Below, piece after piece: positions 19,301 to 27,232 of a stretch of DNA of 64,000 bases. The stretch is from Candidatus Tayloriibacteriota bacterium (GTDB lineage Bacteria > Patescibacteriota > Minisyncoccia > Phycocordibacterales > HO2-43-120): assembly GCA_039934295.1 (NCBI GenBank), contig JBDTMN010000003.1:10625-74624 (forward strand), read 5' to 3'. Each line of letters starts with the position of its first letter. Position 1 is the first letter of the stretch. A model generated the notes under the pieces. It saw only the letters and a list, made by a program, of their open reading frames with translations. It did not search any database and was not told the DNA's origin. Made by a program: the position numbers and the translations under genes.

Positions 19301-20817
19301 TGCGTCTCGTCGGTATAAGGATTTACAAATGGAACGGGAATGAGTGGTCCTGAAGTGTTCGTGTTCCATGATTTGCCGGTATTGAGAAAAAATGTGGTAG
19401 GTGTAACAGCGTCTGGGAAACCATCCCCGTTGACATCTCCAAATTTGGTATTGATGCTGGCATAGGACCGACCAGAAGAATATTCAGAAAAAATTGGTCC
19501 ATTATGCCATGCTGGATCCGAGGCCCAGCTTGATGACCCGTTGTTCGTCGTATAGGAAAATGATGTAGCGGGCAGTGTGATAATTGCTCCACCGTCCGCT
19601 TTTCCGCTTTCTATAACTGTCGCGAGAAGAGAGCGATTGTTTTCCGCAGTGGTCGTATATGTCAATGCGTATTTTTTTACCCAATCGGAATTTATCTTCG
19701 CGGTAATCGTTTTGATGCGATACTTGGTTTCGACAACGAATGCAGGCGAGGCAATTTTTGTCGGAAAGGGTTGGGCTTCGCGCTCGAATTCAACCTTAAA
19801 AACGCCGGCAGTTCCGCCGTTTGAAGTGTAGTCGATAGTTCCAGGATAAATCTGCCCGATATCTTTAAAGTAATTATAGGTGACCGTGTTTCCGTTCGTG
19901 TCGGTAACGCTTTCGAGCATCCACTTGAATACATGAGACGCGTCCGACGGGTCGTCTTGACGCGACTGCGCCGTCTGGCCAAAGACATAGGTCGTGCCGT
20001 TTTTGTCTTTTACCGTCCACACATTTCCGCTGTAATCGTAATTGAGAAAATCGGAATCCTCTGACCGAGGCGCCCATGTCGAGCCAGTGACCAAGCTTAG
20101 CTCGCCAGAAAGTGAAGAGGCATAATTATTCGTCGTGTATAAATTTTCTGTTCCGGTTTTATTGAGGCGTTCGATAAAGGGAATTCCTACGTTCCATCCG
20201 AATCCGACGATTGAGTCGTTCTCCTGGCGGGCACTATTGTATGAAAGTGAAATCTCCGGAGTAACATTGTTTCTGCCCGGAGGCAACGAGATGGGGTAGG
20301 TGTAATTGAGACTTCCGTTTGTTTTATCAATTTCAGGAGAGAGTGTTTGTTTATTTTGGTTCGCGGGGTAGGTTATCGGGTTGACATCAGTGGTTTCCAC
20401 GCTCAACTCGGCCTGCGGGTCAGGAGGAGCATCTTTTGCAGGACCCCCATCTTTTTTGGGGTTCTCGTTATCTTGATTTTTCTTGTCGCCTGGTGAAGTT
20501 CCGGGAGGTGGAGTAGGTTGATTTCCCGGCACCCCGTCGGGAGTGCCTGGGAGAACGGGTCCAGGTGTTTCTTCTGGATTACTTGAAGGAGAGGGAGCGG
20601 GGCTAGAATCAGGTGTGGGAAGAGGTGTGGGTGCGACTTCAGGTGCTGGGGTGAAAGTTGGAGAATTGTCGATATATTGAGCAAAAGCCAGTTCTACCTG
20701 CACTAAGGGGCCAAAAACCATTGAAAACACTAAGAACAGTGGAAAACCCTTAAACAACAGGCGTCTAGGGAAACTGGAAACCCTTGGGTATCCATATATT
20801 TTTTTCACAATACTCAC
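13303..20817 (-). CDS. RHS/YD-repeat protein: SpvB-like, FG-GAP, Ig-like and Gly-rich regions, RHS core, C-terminal alpha/beta-hydrolase
   Basis: PISLPPGRN...GFGWN, repeated DVNGDG, YD repeats, DYYPFG...YLNARYY...GRFLSEDP...NPILGSDPSG, then GHSHGG and LVTLGTP. Confidence 0.9.
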   Translation of the reverse strand: MSIVKKIYGYPRVSSFPRRLLFKGFPLFLVFSMVFGPLVQVELAFAQYIDNSPTFTPAPEVAPTPLPTPDSSPAPSPSSNPEETPGPVLPGTPDGVPGNQPTPPPGTSPGDKKNQDNENPKKDGGPAKDAPPDPQAELSVETTDVNPITYPANQNKQTLSPEIDKTNGSLNYTYPISLPPGRNNVTPEISLSYNSARQENDSIVGFGWNVGIPFIERLNKTGTENLYTTNNYASSLSGELSLVTGSTWAPRSEDSDFLNYDYSGNVWTVKDKNGTTYVFGQTAQSRQDDPSDASHVFKWMLESVTDTNGNTVTYNYFKDIGQIYPGTIDYTSNGGTAGVFKVEFEREAQPFPTKIASPAFVVETKYRIKTITAKINSDWVKKYALTYTTTAENNRSLLATVIESGKADGGAIITLPATSFSYTTNNGSSSWASDPAWHNGPIFSEYSSGRSYASINTKFGDVNGDGFPDAVTPTTFFLNTGKSWNTNTSGPLIPVPFVNPYTDETQKDYGVRLQDVNGDGLADILFGHYRGAAPKTTYSQTFLNVDGTAWTQNTSYDGNTPMFNGGSRYDFGNHQFDDINGDGLLDVVCATSVGTCSGTQYRNNGSGWTITNNFPFSFDYKTSSGEQHETGVRLADLNGDQLADVISGPSTQTNSNLFYMNNGKDWINDPTYSTAPLLASFYPNVFQFGDVNGDGLTDIVCSNTGGNSSDKECENLSQTQSLRMNQLLYINNGYGFTSKDASSLGLPSFVTRDNKSGARINIAYLMDMNGDGLSDIVLGFRADDGTESSEVSINQGIKSQLLKTIIASTGSQSNITYKPSTGYRDDYDNLLNPKLSQIVYTVSSIKTDPGQSNEQSLTNTYANGYYYYNNAFDRKFAGFELVTSSDAAGNVTKTYYHQGNTTNASLGEYDDHISKAGKIYRIEEYDNARHLFRLTVNKWDRNNFGENHDFVKLSRQTVLTYDGNSSHKDTAVEYTYDNANGNLLTKTEWGQVTASADGTFTDTGSDKRVTTYTYSINGATKVNVLSSEKVTDASSARVGESKYYYDTLPLGSVDKGNQTKVEQWKSGDSFVNSQKTYNNLGLVTTSIDPRGKVTSYTYDTYSLYPASVTTPLNLTVQYNYDYSLGKPRQINDENGNTYETVYDGLDRVIEQKIPNFSIPYFPVTKTTYAYSDIPGELRIVQKDYPDSITEVLTFQFFDGLGRLVQESKEAEASGSYNVKDTVYNNVGLVVKQSLPYVGGGSKSSPTGIASLYSTNTYDALGRPLSIVDATGATKYSYDDWKTKVTDKNGKVKNYYKDAYGNLIKVEEINGGSTYATYYEWNLSGKLLKITDALSNIRNFTYDGLGRLLTAQDLHVSGDSTFGTWTNSYDDAGNVLQSVSPNSQTTNYTYDSMSHPLTEDYTGGPGTEITYFFGGCANGKGRLCSAIMTAGANTDYTYDSNGNIASEAKNIAGTTYTTSYTYNRLGNLLTITYPDNAQTKYTYNSAGQLDKIMRKENGGGFTNVVYNFDYNPLGQIATQVDANGATTKNTYDVANLYRLINKKTSVGYVPTANNVPSITLTGSSAINLLIGDTFTEPGYSATDVEDGNLTSSVKVTGSVKTSVAGTYKLNYNVSDSGGMPATEKIRTVTVGTAPAPKFVKVLIIGGGGGGGKGPELQGGGGGAGGYIENNAVGVLLGTYSIMVGAGGVGAVGSYNVGAKGENGNDSSAFDITAIGGGGGAGARNNSYDGGIGNNGGSGGGGFSGRAGVSGAGGTGVVGQGNSGGAGEGNSTYDNRQGGGGGGMGASGGNGTSRKGGVGGVGRESSISGSPVMRGGGGGGAASSPGAGGDGGGGNASNFSGAGDGAPNTGGGGGGGGWHLNNDNGGSGGSGIVIISYPTGSVDAIGGMITTSGGNTIHTFTSLTKDKTFTVLSGVATAGLKSDSAPDVGKSSGGNGSPGIIDLQNFTYTYDPVGNITKIVDASNTQGAKTANYTYDDLYRLTSATISGTPAGQSSYTYSYSYDALGNILTGPGGVYLYQGNSGALKANPHAVTSINNVIYTYDSNGNLIGNGTLTNTWNYKNQITQTVVGANSVKNPSDSYDKNGNAVTKGTVTSSGIDTNKMSLKAVEGGTATNYLYYLYDHEGNRVKYAKGSTATFYPNNFYNVEGTKKTKQIYAGDQLVATVETVGSVVTPFYVHTDHLNSTTVVSDSLGAPVETLDYYPFGAQRISSGSHTEQRQYIGQMYDKDTDLDYLNARYYYSKIGRFLSEDPVFWVGFEKILNDPQSLNSYSYGRNNPILGSDPSGLLTIVIPGTRYNTNEWSTNGSLAGFLSEVQNTFNDTMIVENNKSVWSGGDNDAARQSAADAIAKQINEYHFADGEKLNIVGHSHGGNVANLITGEINHSVDNLVTLGTPVINGYSADRDNVKNQVNAYSVLDPIQKLGGNQLSATGVAGFAGGGAIGGPIGAGIGGVAGSLLGWGQFGYGGRKVNGATNINVTFQALNPFNAHGKYMTKSVWSKVDKKINK

Positions 20818-20912
20818 ACCCTAACAGAGATTCCAAGCAAAATATCATTCGGAGACATATCTCAAGTATTGTCAATTTTTTGAGTAGTCTGCGCGTCGAG
20901 GCACACCTTGCC

Positions 20913-21671
20913 TTACGAAGGAGTGCCTTGATTCGGAACAAAAATGCGTTCAACTGGAGAATACGATTCAGATTTCTTTAGCTTGCGTAATATAAAATAA
21001 ACAACAAGAAGAGAGACGATGAATTCCAATGCTAATCCATATAAATTAAAATAAACAAGCATCAAATTGGAGAACCCATGAAGAAGAGAGGCTAATACTA
21101 GTCCCACGATGATATACTTTTTTGCTCCACCGGATAATTTTGCCCTTGCCAGATACCATCCGCAAATTGAGGCGGCCGAAACGTGAATAAGGGTGCTCGC
21201 GATCGCTCTTACTACTCCCTGAATGAGATAATATATTTCCGGACTGGTCGCAACTGCCTGAAAAAAATAGGAGGTGTTTTCCAAAAATGAAAATCCGAGC
21301 GCGCACATGATTGCATAGATGACACCATCTTTTATCCGGTCAAATTCTTTCCGATGATAAATAACCTCATACACAAGAAAAAGCTTGAGCGATTCTTCAA
21401 TCGGACCGGCCAAAAAGAAGGTGGCGGGCGAACGATTATCCGAGATATTAAAAAAGATTGAAAGTGTACTATCTGCCTTTGGGTCAAACAAAAAAGAGGC
21501 GACCCCATTGACCCACATTGCCAAAAACGCGGCGCCAATTCCCAACCCAAATGTAAGCAAAAGAAGCTTTACCGGTTCGGTGTTATCGCTGTCCACCCTC
21601 TTCACAATCAGACTCCAAAATAAAAGAGGAAAAACGACGCATGCAATATAAACAATAATAATGAGGAACAT
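20913..21671 (-). CDS. PrsW family intramembrane metalloprotease
   Basis: EP, EESLK, DGVIY, GFSFLEN, H...LHGFSN motifs. Confidence 0.88.
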   Translation of the reverse strand: MFLIIIVYIACVVFPLLFWSLIVKRVDSDNTEPVKLLLLTFGLGIGAAFLAMWVNGVASFLFDPKADSTLSIFFNISDNRSPATFFLAGPIEESLKLFLVYEVIYHRKEFDRIKDGVIYAIMCALGFSFLENTSYFFQAVATSPEIYYLIQGVVRAIASTLIHVSAASICGWYLARAKLSGGAKKYIIVGLVLASLLHGFSNLMLVYFNLYGLALEFIVSLLVVYFILRKLKKSESYSPVERIFVPNQGTPS

Positions 21672-21701
21672 GCTTATTTTGGTCGCACTATTTTAGTCGC
21701 A

Positions 21702-22022
21702 CTATTTTAAAAGAGTATGCAAAGCATTCACGGCGCTTGCGCTTCCAAGATTCTTTAGCTGTTGTTCATTAAGCCCGTAACTTATATACAAGCCGAATCC
21801 CATGATAACTATAAAAAAGATAATAGACAGTATGATTGCAGTTAAACCGAGCGCTTTCTCCCCTTTCACGTAAGCCAAAATAGCAAACACTAAAGCAGGA
21901 AAAGCTATCAAACCCTGAAAGAGGCTGACAAGAATAAGAACAAGAGAAATAATTCCGAACAGCAGTCCTTTCTTGCTAAAATATGTTGTCGCAGGAGCGC
22001 TATTTGCTAATACCTGTTCCAT
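21702..22022 (-). CDS. Small membrane protein
   Basis: Hydrophobic helices; in an operon-like run. Confidence 0.6.
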   Translation of the reverse strand: MEQVLANSAPATTYFSKKGLLFGIISLVLILVSLFQGLIAFPALVFAILAYVKGEKALGLTAIILSIIFFIVIMGFGLYISYGLNEQQLKNLGSASAVNALHTLLK

Positions 22023-22028
22023 AGTAGT

Positions 22029-22811
22029 TTAATTACTCCAATAATTTTCAGCCAAGCTCATCCTGACCATAGTATCACGAATTTCGTTTTTGTCACTATT
22101 ATTGATAAACTCCAGTGCCTTTCTTCCCGCTTCTTCCATAGTTTCCCCATCAATATTAATCGAATACGTGTCGGAGAGCACTTGTTTTCCTCTTATGTAG
22201 AACTTCTGAAAATCTACTTCGACAGACTTCTTCTCCGGATTTTTTAGTGTATATACGAGAAAATTTTGCGCCAGATTGCTCACATCATCTGCTTTTGTAA
22301 AAGCGTCAATAATCAATCCTCCACTCGATTCTACGCTTCCCTTTACGGCTTCGGCATACCTATCGAGCTCCGGGAGAACCCCTGAAGCATTGATGTATCT
22401 CATAATGGTTATGAGTTCCGTCCATGAATCGGAACTTTCCCCTTTTTGGAGAAATTCGTAAAGCTCTATATTGTCATCTTTAGCGTGATATGATTGGCTG
22501 AAAATTTTACCTTGGAATGTGATGTCCGGTTTTTTAGGAGAAGCGGAGAATGTTCCTGAATTTCCGTCCGTGCCAGATTCAGCTCCTTTTGTGGCGTCTG
22601 GAATAGTATCTTTTTTAAGATTTATACCGATTATCGCAAGAGAGCAGAAGATAATGAGTACGAAGAGATACACAACTCCGATAATTACGGCGGACGAAAT
22701 TCTTACCGGTCCTCTCGGTTTCTTCTGCATGGGAGAAATAGGAGGTTGCGGAGTCGCTAAAGGTGCTGAAGAAGGAGGGGTGCTAACAGGATTTTGAGAA
22801 AGATTATCCAT
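22029..22811 (-). CDS. Membrane-anchored hypothetical protein
   Basis: Pro-rich N-terminus, one TM, soluble domain. Confidence 0.65.
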   Translation of the reverse strand: MDNLSQNPVSTPPSSAPLATPQPPISPMQKKPRGPVRISSAVIIGVVYLFVLIIFCSLAIIGINLKKDTIPDATKGAESGTDGNSGTFSASPKKPDITFQGKIFSQSYHAKDDNIELYEFLQKGESSDSWTELITIMRYINASGVLPELDRYAEAVKGSVESSGGLIIDAFTKADDVSNLAQNFLVYTLKNPEKKSVEVDFQKFYIRGKQVLSDTYSINIDGETMEEAGRKALEFINNSDKNEIRDTMVRMSLAENYWSN

Positions 22812-22906
22812 TTGTGTTAATCATACTAGAAATCTGTGAATGGCGCTCGCACACCTGTGGATAAAAAGGGCCTTCCAGCTACTCTCCGACACAAAACCAA
22901 CAGGCT

Positions 22907-23281
22907 CTACGCCTTCTTTGCAAACACCGCTTTAATCGAGTCAACAATAGTCTCAAATGTTTCGCCTGATTTTATAATATACCCTCGAATGCCGAGCTCT
23001 AAGCCTTCGCTGATTTTCTTCATAGTGGACATATTTGACGTGATAAGAACAGGGACTTTTCCTTTACCATACTTTAGATTAAACTGTTTTAGAAATTCCA
23101 TTCCATTCATTTTAGGCATCATAATATCGAGAAGTATCAAATCAGGAAGCGCTTCTTCCGCTTTTTTTAAACCCTCTTCGCCATTTTCAGCGGATAGTAC
23201 TGTATATGCATCGGCAGGAAGAGCCTCACCAATATGAGTTGCAAAAAATGGATCATCATCTATCACGAGTATTTTTTTCAT
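22907..23281 (-). CDS. Single-domain response regulator
   Basis: KILVIDDD, PDLILLDIMMPKMNG, YIIK. Confidence 0.92.
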   Translation of the reverse strand: MKKILVIDDDPFFATHIGEALPADAYTVLSAENGEEGLKKAEEALPDLILLDIMMPKMNGMEFLKQFNLKYGKGKVPVLITSNMSTMKKISEGLELGIRGYIIKSGETFETIVDSIKAVFAKKA

Positions 23282-23299
23282 ATAATTTCTTTCTATTTG

Positions 23300-25060
23300 C
23301 TATTTACCTTGTGGAGACAATGGTAGCACAAAATAAAACGCGCTTCCAGCTCCTACGGATGATATCACACCGATTTTTCCCTTATGTTCCTCGACAATCC
23401 CCTTTGCAATCGCGAGTCCCAGGCCCGTGCCCTTCACAGTAGAAACAAATTCTTTGTTGTTGAGTTGCTTGAATTTATTGAAAAGTTCTCCGATTTGCTC
23501 TTGCGGAATTCCTCCTCCGGTATCTCGAACAATTACTACAAGAGATGGGGATAACGATTTAAAAATTTCATCGGGAAGCGCGGTGGGGAGATGAACTTTT
23601 AGCTTGCTTATCTCGCTTTCAATAGAAAGCGTGGGGTTATGGGTAAACGCTATGATTGATATTTCACCGTCTTCCTTCGTAAATTTCAGGGCGTTCGAAA
23701 TTAGATTGTTCAATACTTCCTTGATCCGCTGGACATCAAATAATACAATTTTCGGAATCCCCTCTCCTGTCATTTTTTCAAGATGAATTTTTTTATCCTG
23801 CGCGGAAAGTTGAAAAAACTTAATCCGATTATCTATCACATCTGCGATATCGGCCGGCTCTGGACTGATTTCAAATTTGCCCGCCTGAAGCTTCGCGATG
23901 TCCAAAATGTCATTCACCAAATCAAGCATTGCCGAAGAATTCTGATATATCATTTTTATATACTCTTTATAGGATTCGGCATTCTTTTTCTTGCCCGGAG
24001 TTTTGAGTATCTCGCTAAATTTTTTGATAACATCGAGGGGAGTTCGAAGTTCATGCACAATCATTGACGTAAAATCTTCTCTCACTCTTTCCAATTCCAT
24101 TTCCCGAGTAACGTCATGGAAAATGACCACCCCGCCCAGAATATCATCACCGCTCAACGTTGAGTTCGTTTTCACTGGGAAAACGAATGCTTGATAAAAT
24201 TTGTCTCGTATCAAGAATTTTTCTGACACATACGATTTTTTTAACTTAACGCTTTCTTCCAGTCTGCCGCGTATATCTACCTTGCCCCCAAGATTGTCTA
24301 TAAAATCAAAAATAGTTATTTCTTTTTTCTCGGGAAGGCCAATAACCCTTTTGGCGGCAGGATTGATGACTAGAATGCGGTAATCAGCGTCGGTCATGAC
24401 CACGCCATCCTCCATGCTTTCTACCATGGCATTCACCTTGGCTTGTTCAGTCTTTACCACTCCCTGAAGTCGCGTTACTGCTTTTGAAGCCTGCTGAATA
24501 ATCTTATACAGAATGGTCATCTCCTCTTCTTTGTAGAGACCGGCTTTGGTATCTGCCACGGTCAAAATTCCCACCACTTTTTCATCAATCACGAGCGGAA
24601 TGTTGAAGAAAGAGCGCACAGGCTCGTCCAATTCTTCAATAATGATTGCGCCGGAAAGAATCTCCTTAACAACATTCTTGTCAAATTCCCTGTCAAGAAG
24701 AGCCGAGAGAGAGCCGAGCATCCTATCTCGGATGTCGGTTACAAAGCGTCGGTGCACGGACTTTTCAAGATGGATTTTGAAGATTACTTTCTCCGGCTCA
24801 AGAAGCATGTAGGAAACAGCGCAATATTCGATAAACTGATGGAGAGAACTCGTAATGATATCGATAATCTGTTGGACATCAAGAGAGTAACCGATCCTGT
24901 CTCCCAATTCTTTCAAGATTGCAAGCTCATACATCCTGCGGTTTATATCCCGCTCACGCTTTTCGAGAACTTCTTTAGCTTTGCTATCTTTAATTAAAAA
25001 ATAGACGGTAGAAGCAATGCCACCGAGAGCCAGAATGATTGATATTACAGTGAGTATCAT
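23300..25060 (-). CDS. Sensor histidine kinase (GAF, PAS, HisKA, HATPase)
   Basis: HELRTPL, NLISNALKFT, DTGGGI, GTGLGL; PAS SMEDGVVMTD...INPAA. Confidence 0.93.
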   Translation of the reverse strand: MILTVISIILALGGIASTVYFLIKDSKAKEVLEKRERDINRRMYELAILKELGDRIGYSLDVQQIIDIITSSLHQFIEYCAVSYMLLEPEKVIFKIHLEKSVHRRFVTDIRDRMLGSLSALLDREFDKNVVKEILSGAIIIEELDEPVRSFFNIPLVIDEKVVGILTVADTKAGLYKEEEMTILYKIIQQASKAVTRLQGVVKTEQAKVNAMVESMEDGVVMTDADYRILVINPAAKRVIGLPEKKEITIFDFIDNLGGKVDIRGRLEESVKLKKSYVSEKFLIRDKFYQAFVFPVKTNSTLSGDDILGGVVIFHDVTREMELERVREDFTSMIVHELRTPLDVIKKFSEILKTPGKKKNAESYKEYIKMIYQNSSAMLDLVNDILDIAKLQAGKFEISPEPADIADVIDNRIKFFQLSAQDKKIHLEKMTGEGIPKIVLFDVQRIKEVLNNLISNALKFTKEDGEISIIAFTHNPTLSIESEISKLKVHLPTALPDEIFKSLSPSLVVIVRDTGGGIPQEQIGELFNKFKQLNNKEFVSTVKGTGLGLAIAKGIVEEHKGKIGVISSVGAGSAFYFVLPLSPQGK

Positions 25061-25079
25061 TGGTTAAAAAATACCAAAC

Positions 25080-25204
25080 TAGGACTTGCGCAGTCGGCGC
25101 ATTTCTTCGTTGCCTCCTCCTTGCTCCTGCGGTGTAGCATCTAACTACACCTTAGTCACAAGCCTCTCTTGCGCCTCGAACTGCACTCAACTGCGCAAGT
25201 CCTA
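25080..25204. repeat. MITE/REP-like element with terminal inverted repeats
   Basis: TAGGACTTGCGCAGT...ACTGCGCAAGTCCTA. Confidence 0.55.
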
Positions 25205-25261
25205 CAGACGCTATTCGATAGAGAGAGCTGTCCACTGTTCTTATGCCTAGGAAAGACCTGC

Positions 25262-25531
25262 CTACTTATTGATATTGAGATCAGGATACTTGGCAAAAAT
25301 CGAGCCAAGCGCGTTTTTCACAATCTGACCAGAAAGTTCGACATATTGATCCACCAAATTTTGTAATGTCTCTTTTGGATTATCTCCAACTCCCGTAACC
25401 TTGCCATCATTGTCAACCATAAGACCGGAAACACTGCGGGCCTTGAGTATCGCTATTTCAGGACCGAGAATGACAATTTGTTTTTTAATTATCTCGCTAA
25501 TGAGAGCGCTATATTGTTCTTTTTCGTTCAT
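25262..25531 (-). CDS. Small soluble protein in the kinase operon
   Basis: 89-aa ORF between the membrane protein and the kinase. Confidence 0.7.
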   Translation of the reverse strand: MNEKEQYSALISEIIKKQIVILGPEIAILKARSVSGLMVDNDGKVTGVGDNPKETLQNLVDQYVELSGQIVKNALGSIFAKYPDLNINK

Positions 25532-25566
25532 AGGTTTATTTGAGTTAACGTTAAATAAAAATTATC

Positions 25567-26397
25567 TTACATTGCTTTTTTTGAGAAAGATATCAAGCAC
25601 CATGCCGCGTAGCTTAAACCAATTGCGGAAATAACTAGGAAGATTTTCTCAATTCCCTCGCCTGTTGCGCTTGTAACATCTACTACTTTCCAGCTTTCAA
25701 AGAGTAACTCCCAAACATGTTGAAGGCCGAATGCCCAAATAGCAACAATCATCGGATTTGCGATTGCGCGCCCTATCATACCGAGCTTCTTTTTTGCGCT
25801 CAACAGGTATGACCCCACAGCGAACGCGAAGACAAATGCAATAAAATGATGCAGTCCAAAAACCCCAAAAACAGAAGAGTCGTAGGCAACAACGATGGAA
25901 TCAGCCGATTTTGGAATGATGAAGAGAACCGCAAAGACCAGCACCGCGACTACTGCCCATGTTTTCTCAGCGCCTATCTTCACACCCTGATTCGGCGACG
26001 TTTCAACATTTCCAAGACCGACAAGCAACTTGAGACCGTGAAAGTAGAAGATAAAGGCCATATAAAACATCAGGTGCCACCAGATATCCATTGACGCGCT
26101 TCCGATGCCAAAAAATTCTCCTCCTAATTTTTGAAAAATCGTAATAACAAAGAATATTCCCGTTCCAATAAATATGTAAGAAAAAATGGATCCAAGTGTG
26201 GATTTTCCAAATCTTTTGACCGCAAAAAACATAGTGATTGAAGCGACGAGAAAACCGATTGATGAAATATAATATCCGAGAGTGATGAGAGATTCGAGAG
26301 TGCTCGACCCCTCTCCGTCAGCCGCGAACGCAACTATAGGGAAAGTTGCGAGCGCCGAAACTGCCCCGACGATAATTTTATTCAATGATATTTTCAT
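25567..26397 (-). CDS. Multi-pass (about 7-TM) membrane protein; putative sensor
   Basis: Signal-like N-terminus; TM helices containing His (WWHLMFY, GLHHF, LQHVWE). Confidence 0.7.
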   Translation of the reverse strand: MKISLNKIIVGAVSALATFPIVAFAADGEGSSTLESLITLGYYISSIGFLVASITMFFAVKRFGKSTLGSIFSYIFIGTGIFFVITIFQKLGGEFFGIGSASMDIWWHLMFYMAFIFYFHGLKLLVGLGNVETSPNQGVKIGAEKTWAVVAVLVFAVLFIIPKSADSIVVAYDSSVFGVFGLHHFIAFVFAFAVGSYLLSAKKKLGMIGRAIANPMIVAIWAFGLQHVWELLFESWKVVDVTSATGEGIEKIFLVISAIGLSYAAWCLISFSKKAM

Positions 26398-26517
26398 ATG
26401 TAAAGTTCAAAAAAACTTAGATTTATCTTCTAGTAATTCCATTTATATTATACCACACCCCTTACTAGCGAAAATCAGCAGATACTAAGGGTTATCCACA
26501 CCCCAAACGAAATGAGT

Positions 26518-27117
26518 TTACAATCTCTTTCCTATGCGTTTTCGGTATACGGAAAAAATAAGAAGTACGTTAACAATCAGAAGACAAATTTGAAAAGCCG
26601 AGTTTTCGATATTCCAAACAGGTATTGAGGGAAGAACTAGGAGAACTGCTACTAGACTTGCGATGTAGGTGAGCCCCGTTTCGGTTTCGGGATTTACCCA
26701 TGCTTTTCGGATTGTTGGGAGCGCCGCCAATCCATCGCCCAGTGCCGCAAGTAAAATTGCTATGCGAGGAGAATCAATTCCTAGCCAGAGGGCAAATGCG
26801 AGAAGCGAGCACACCCCGCACAAAATATCGAAAATTGCTAATTTCCAATAACTTTTCGGATTGAAAAAAGAAGAAACAAAAACTATGAGCGGGATAAAAC
26901 CTGCAAGAAAAATTCGGCTCGTTGCCCAAGGATCCGCATGGGCGGAGAGCGCTGCCACAGTGCCGACAAGCGGGGCAAGCGCCCACATGAACCATGTCAC
27001 CCGATTCGGTTTAGTCTTCCCCCGAATGGTGTCGCGGATGTACGCAGTCGCACCTGCAAGACTCACAAGGACGCTTAGCACTACGAGCCAGTGGACAAAT
27101 GAGATTTCAATTATCAT
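26518..27117 (-). CDS. Membrane protein (PQ-loop-like)
   Basis: YIRDTIRGKTKPNRVTW...PTIRKAWVNPETE. Confidence 0.7.
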   Translation of the reverse strand: MIIEISFVHWLVVLSVLVSLAGATAYIRDTIRGKTKPNRVTWFMWALAPLVGTVAALSAHADPWATSRIFLAGFIPLIVFVSSFFNPKSYWKLAIFDILCGVCSLLAFALWLGIDSPRIAILLAALGDGLAALPTIRKAWVNPETETGLTYIASLVAVLLVLPSIPVWNIENSAFQICLLIVNVLLIFSVYRKRIGKRL

Positions 27118-27160
27118 GGTAAAGTAGTGTGAAAGTTTTTAAGCTACTCCCTATTTTCAT

Positions 27161-27232
27161 ATGCGCGAACTAGTGGACGAAGCGGGAACTGCTATCCAAA
27201 CCCACAATGATTATATTTATCTACCTAATTTA
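27161..27232 (+). repeat. Cassette-boundary repeat, copy 1
   Basis: GCGCGAACTAGTGGACGAAGCGGGAACTGCTAT...ATATTTATCTACCTAA. Confidence 0.8.
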
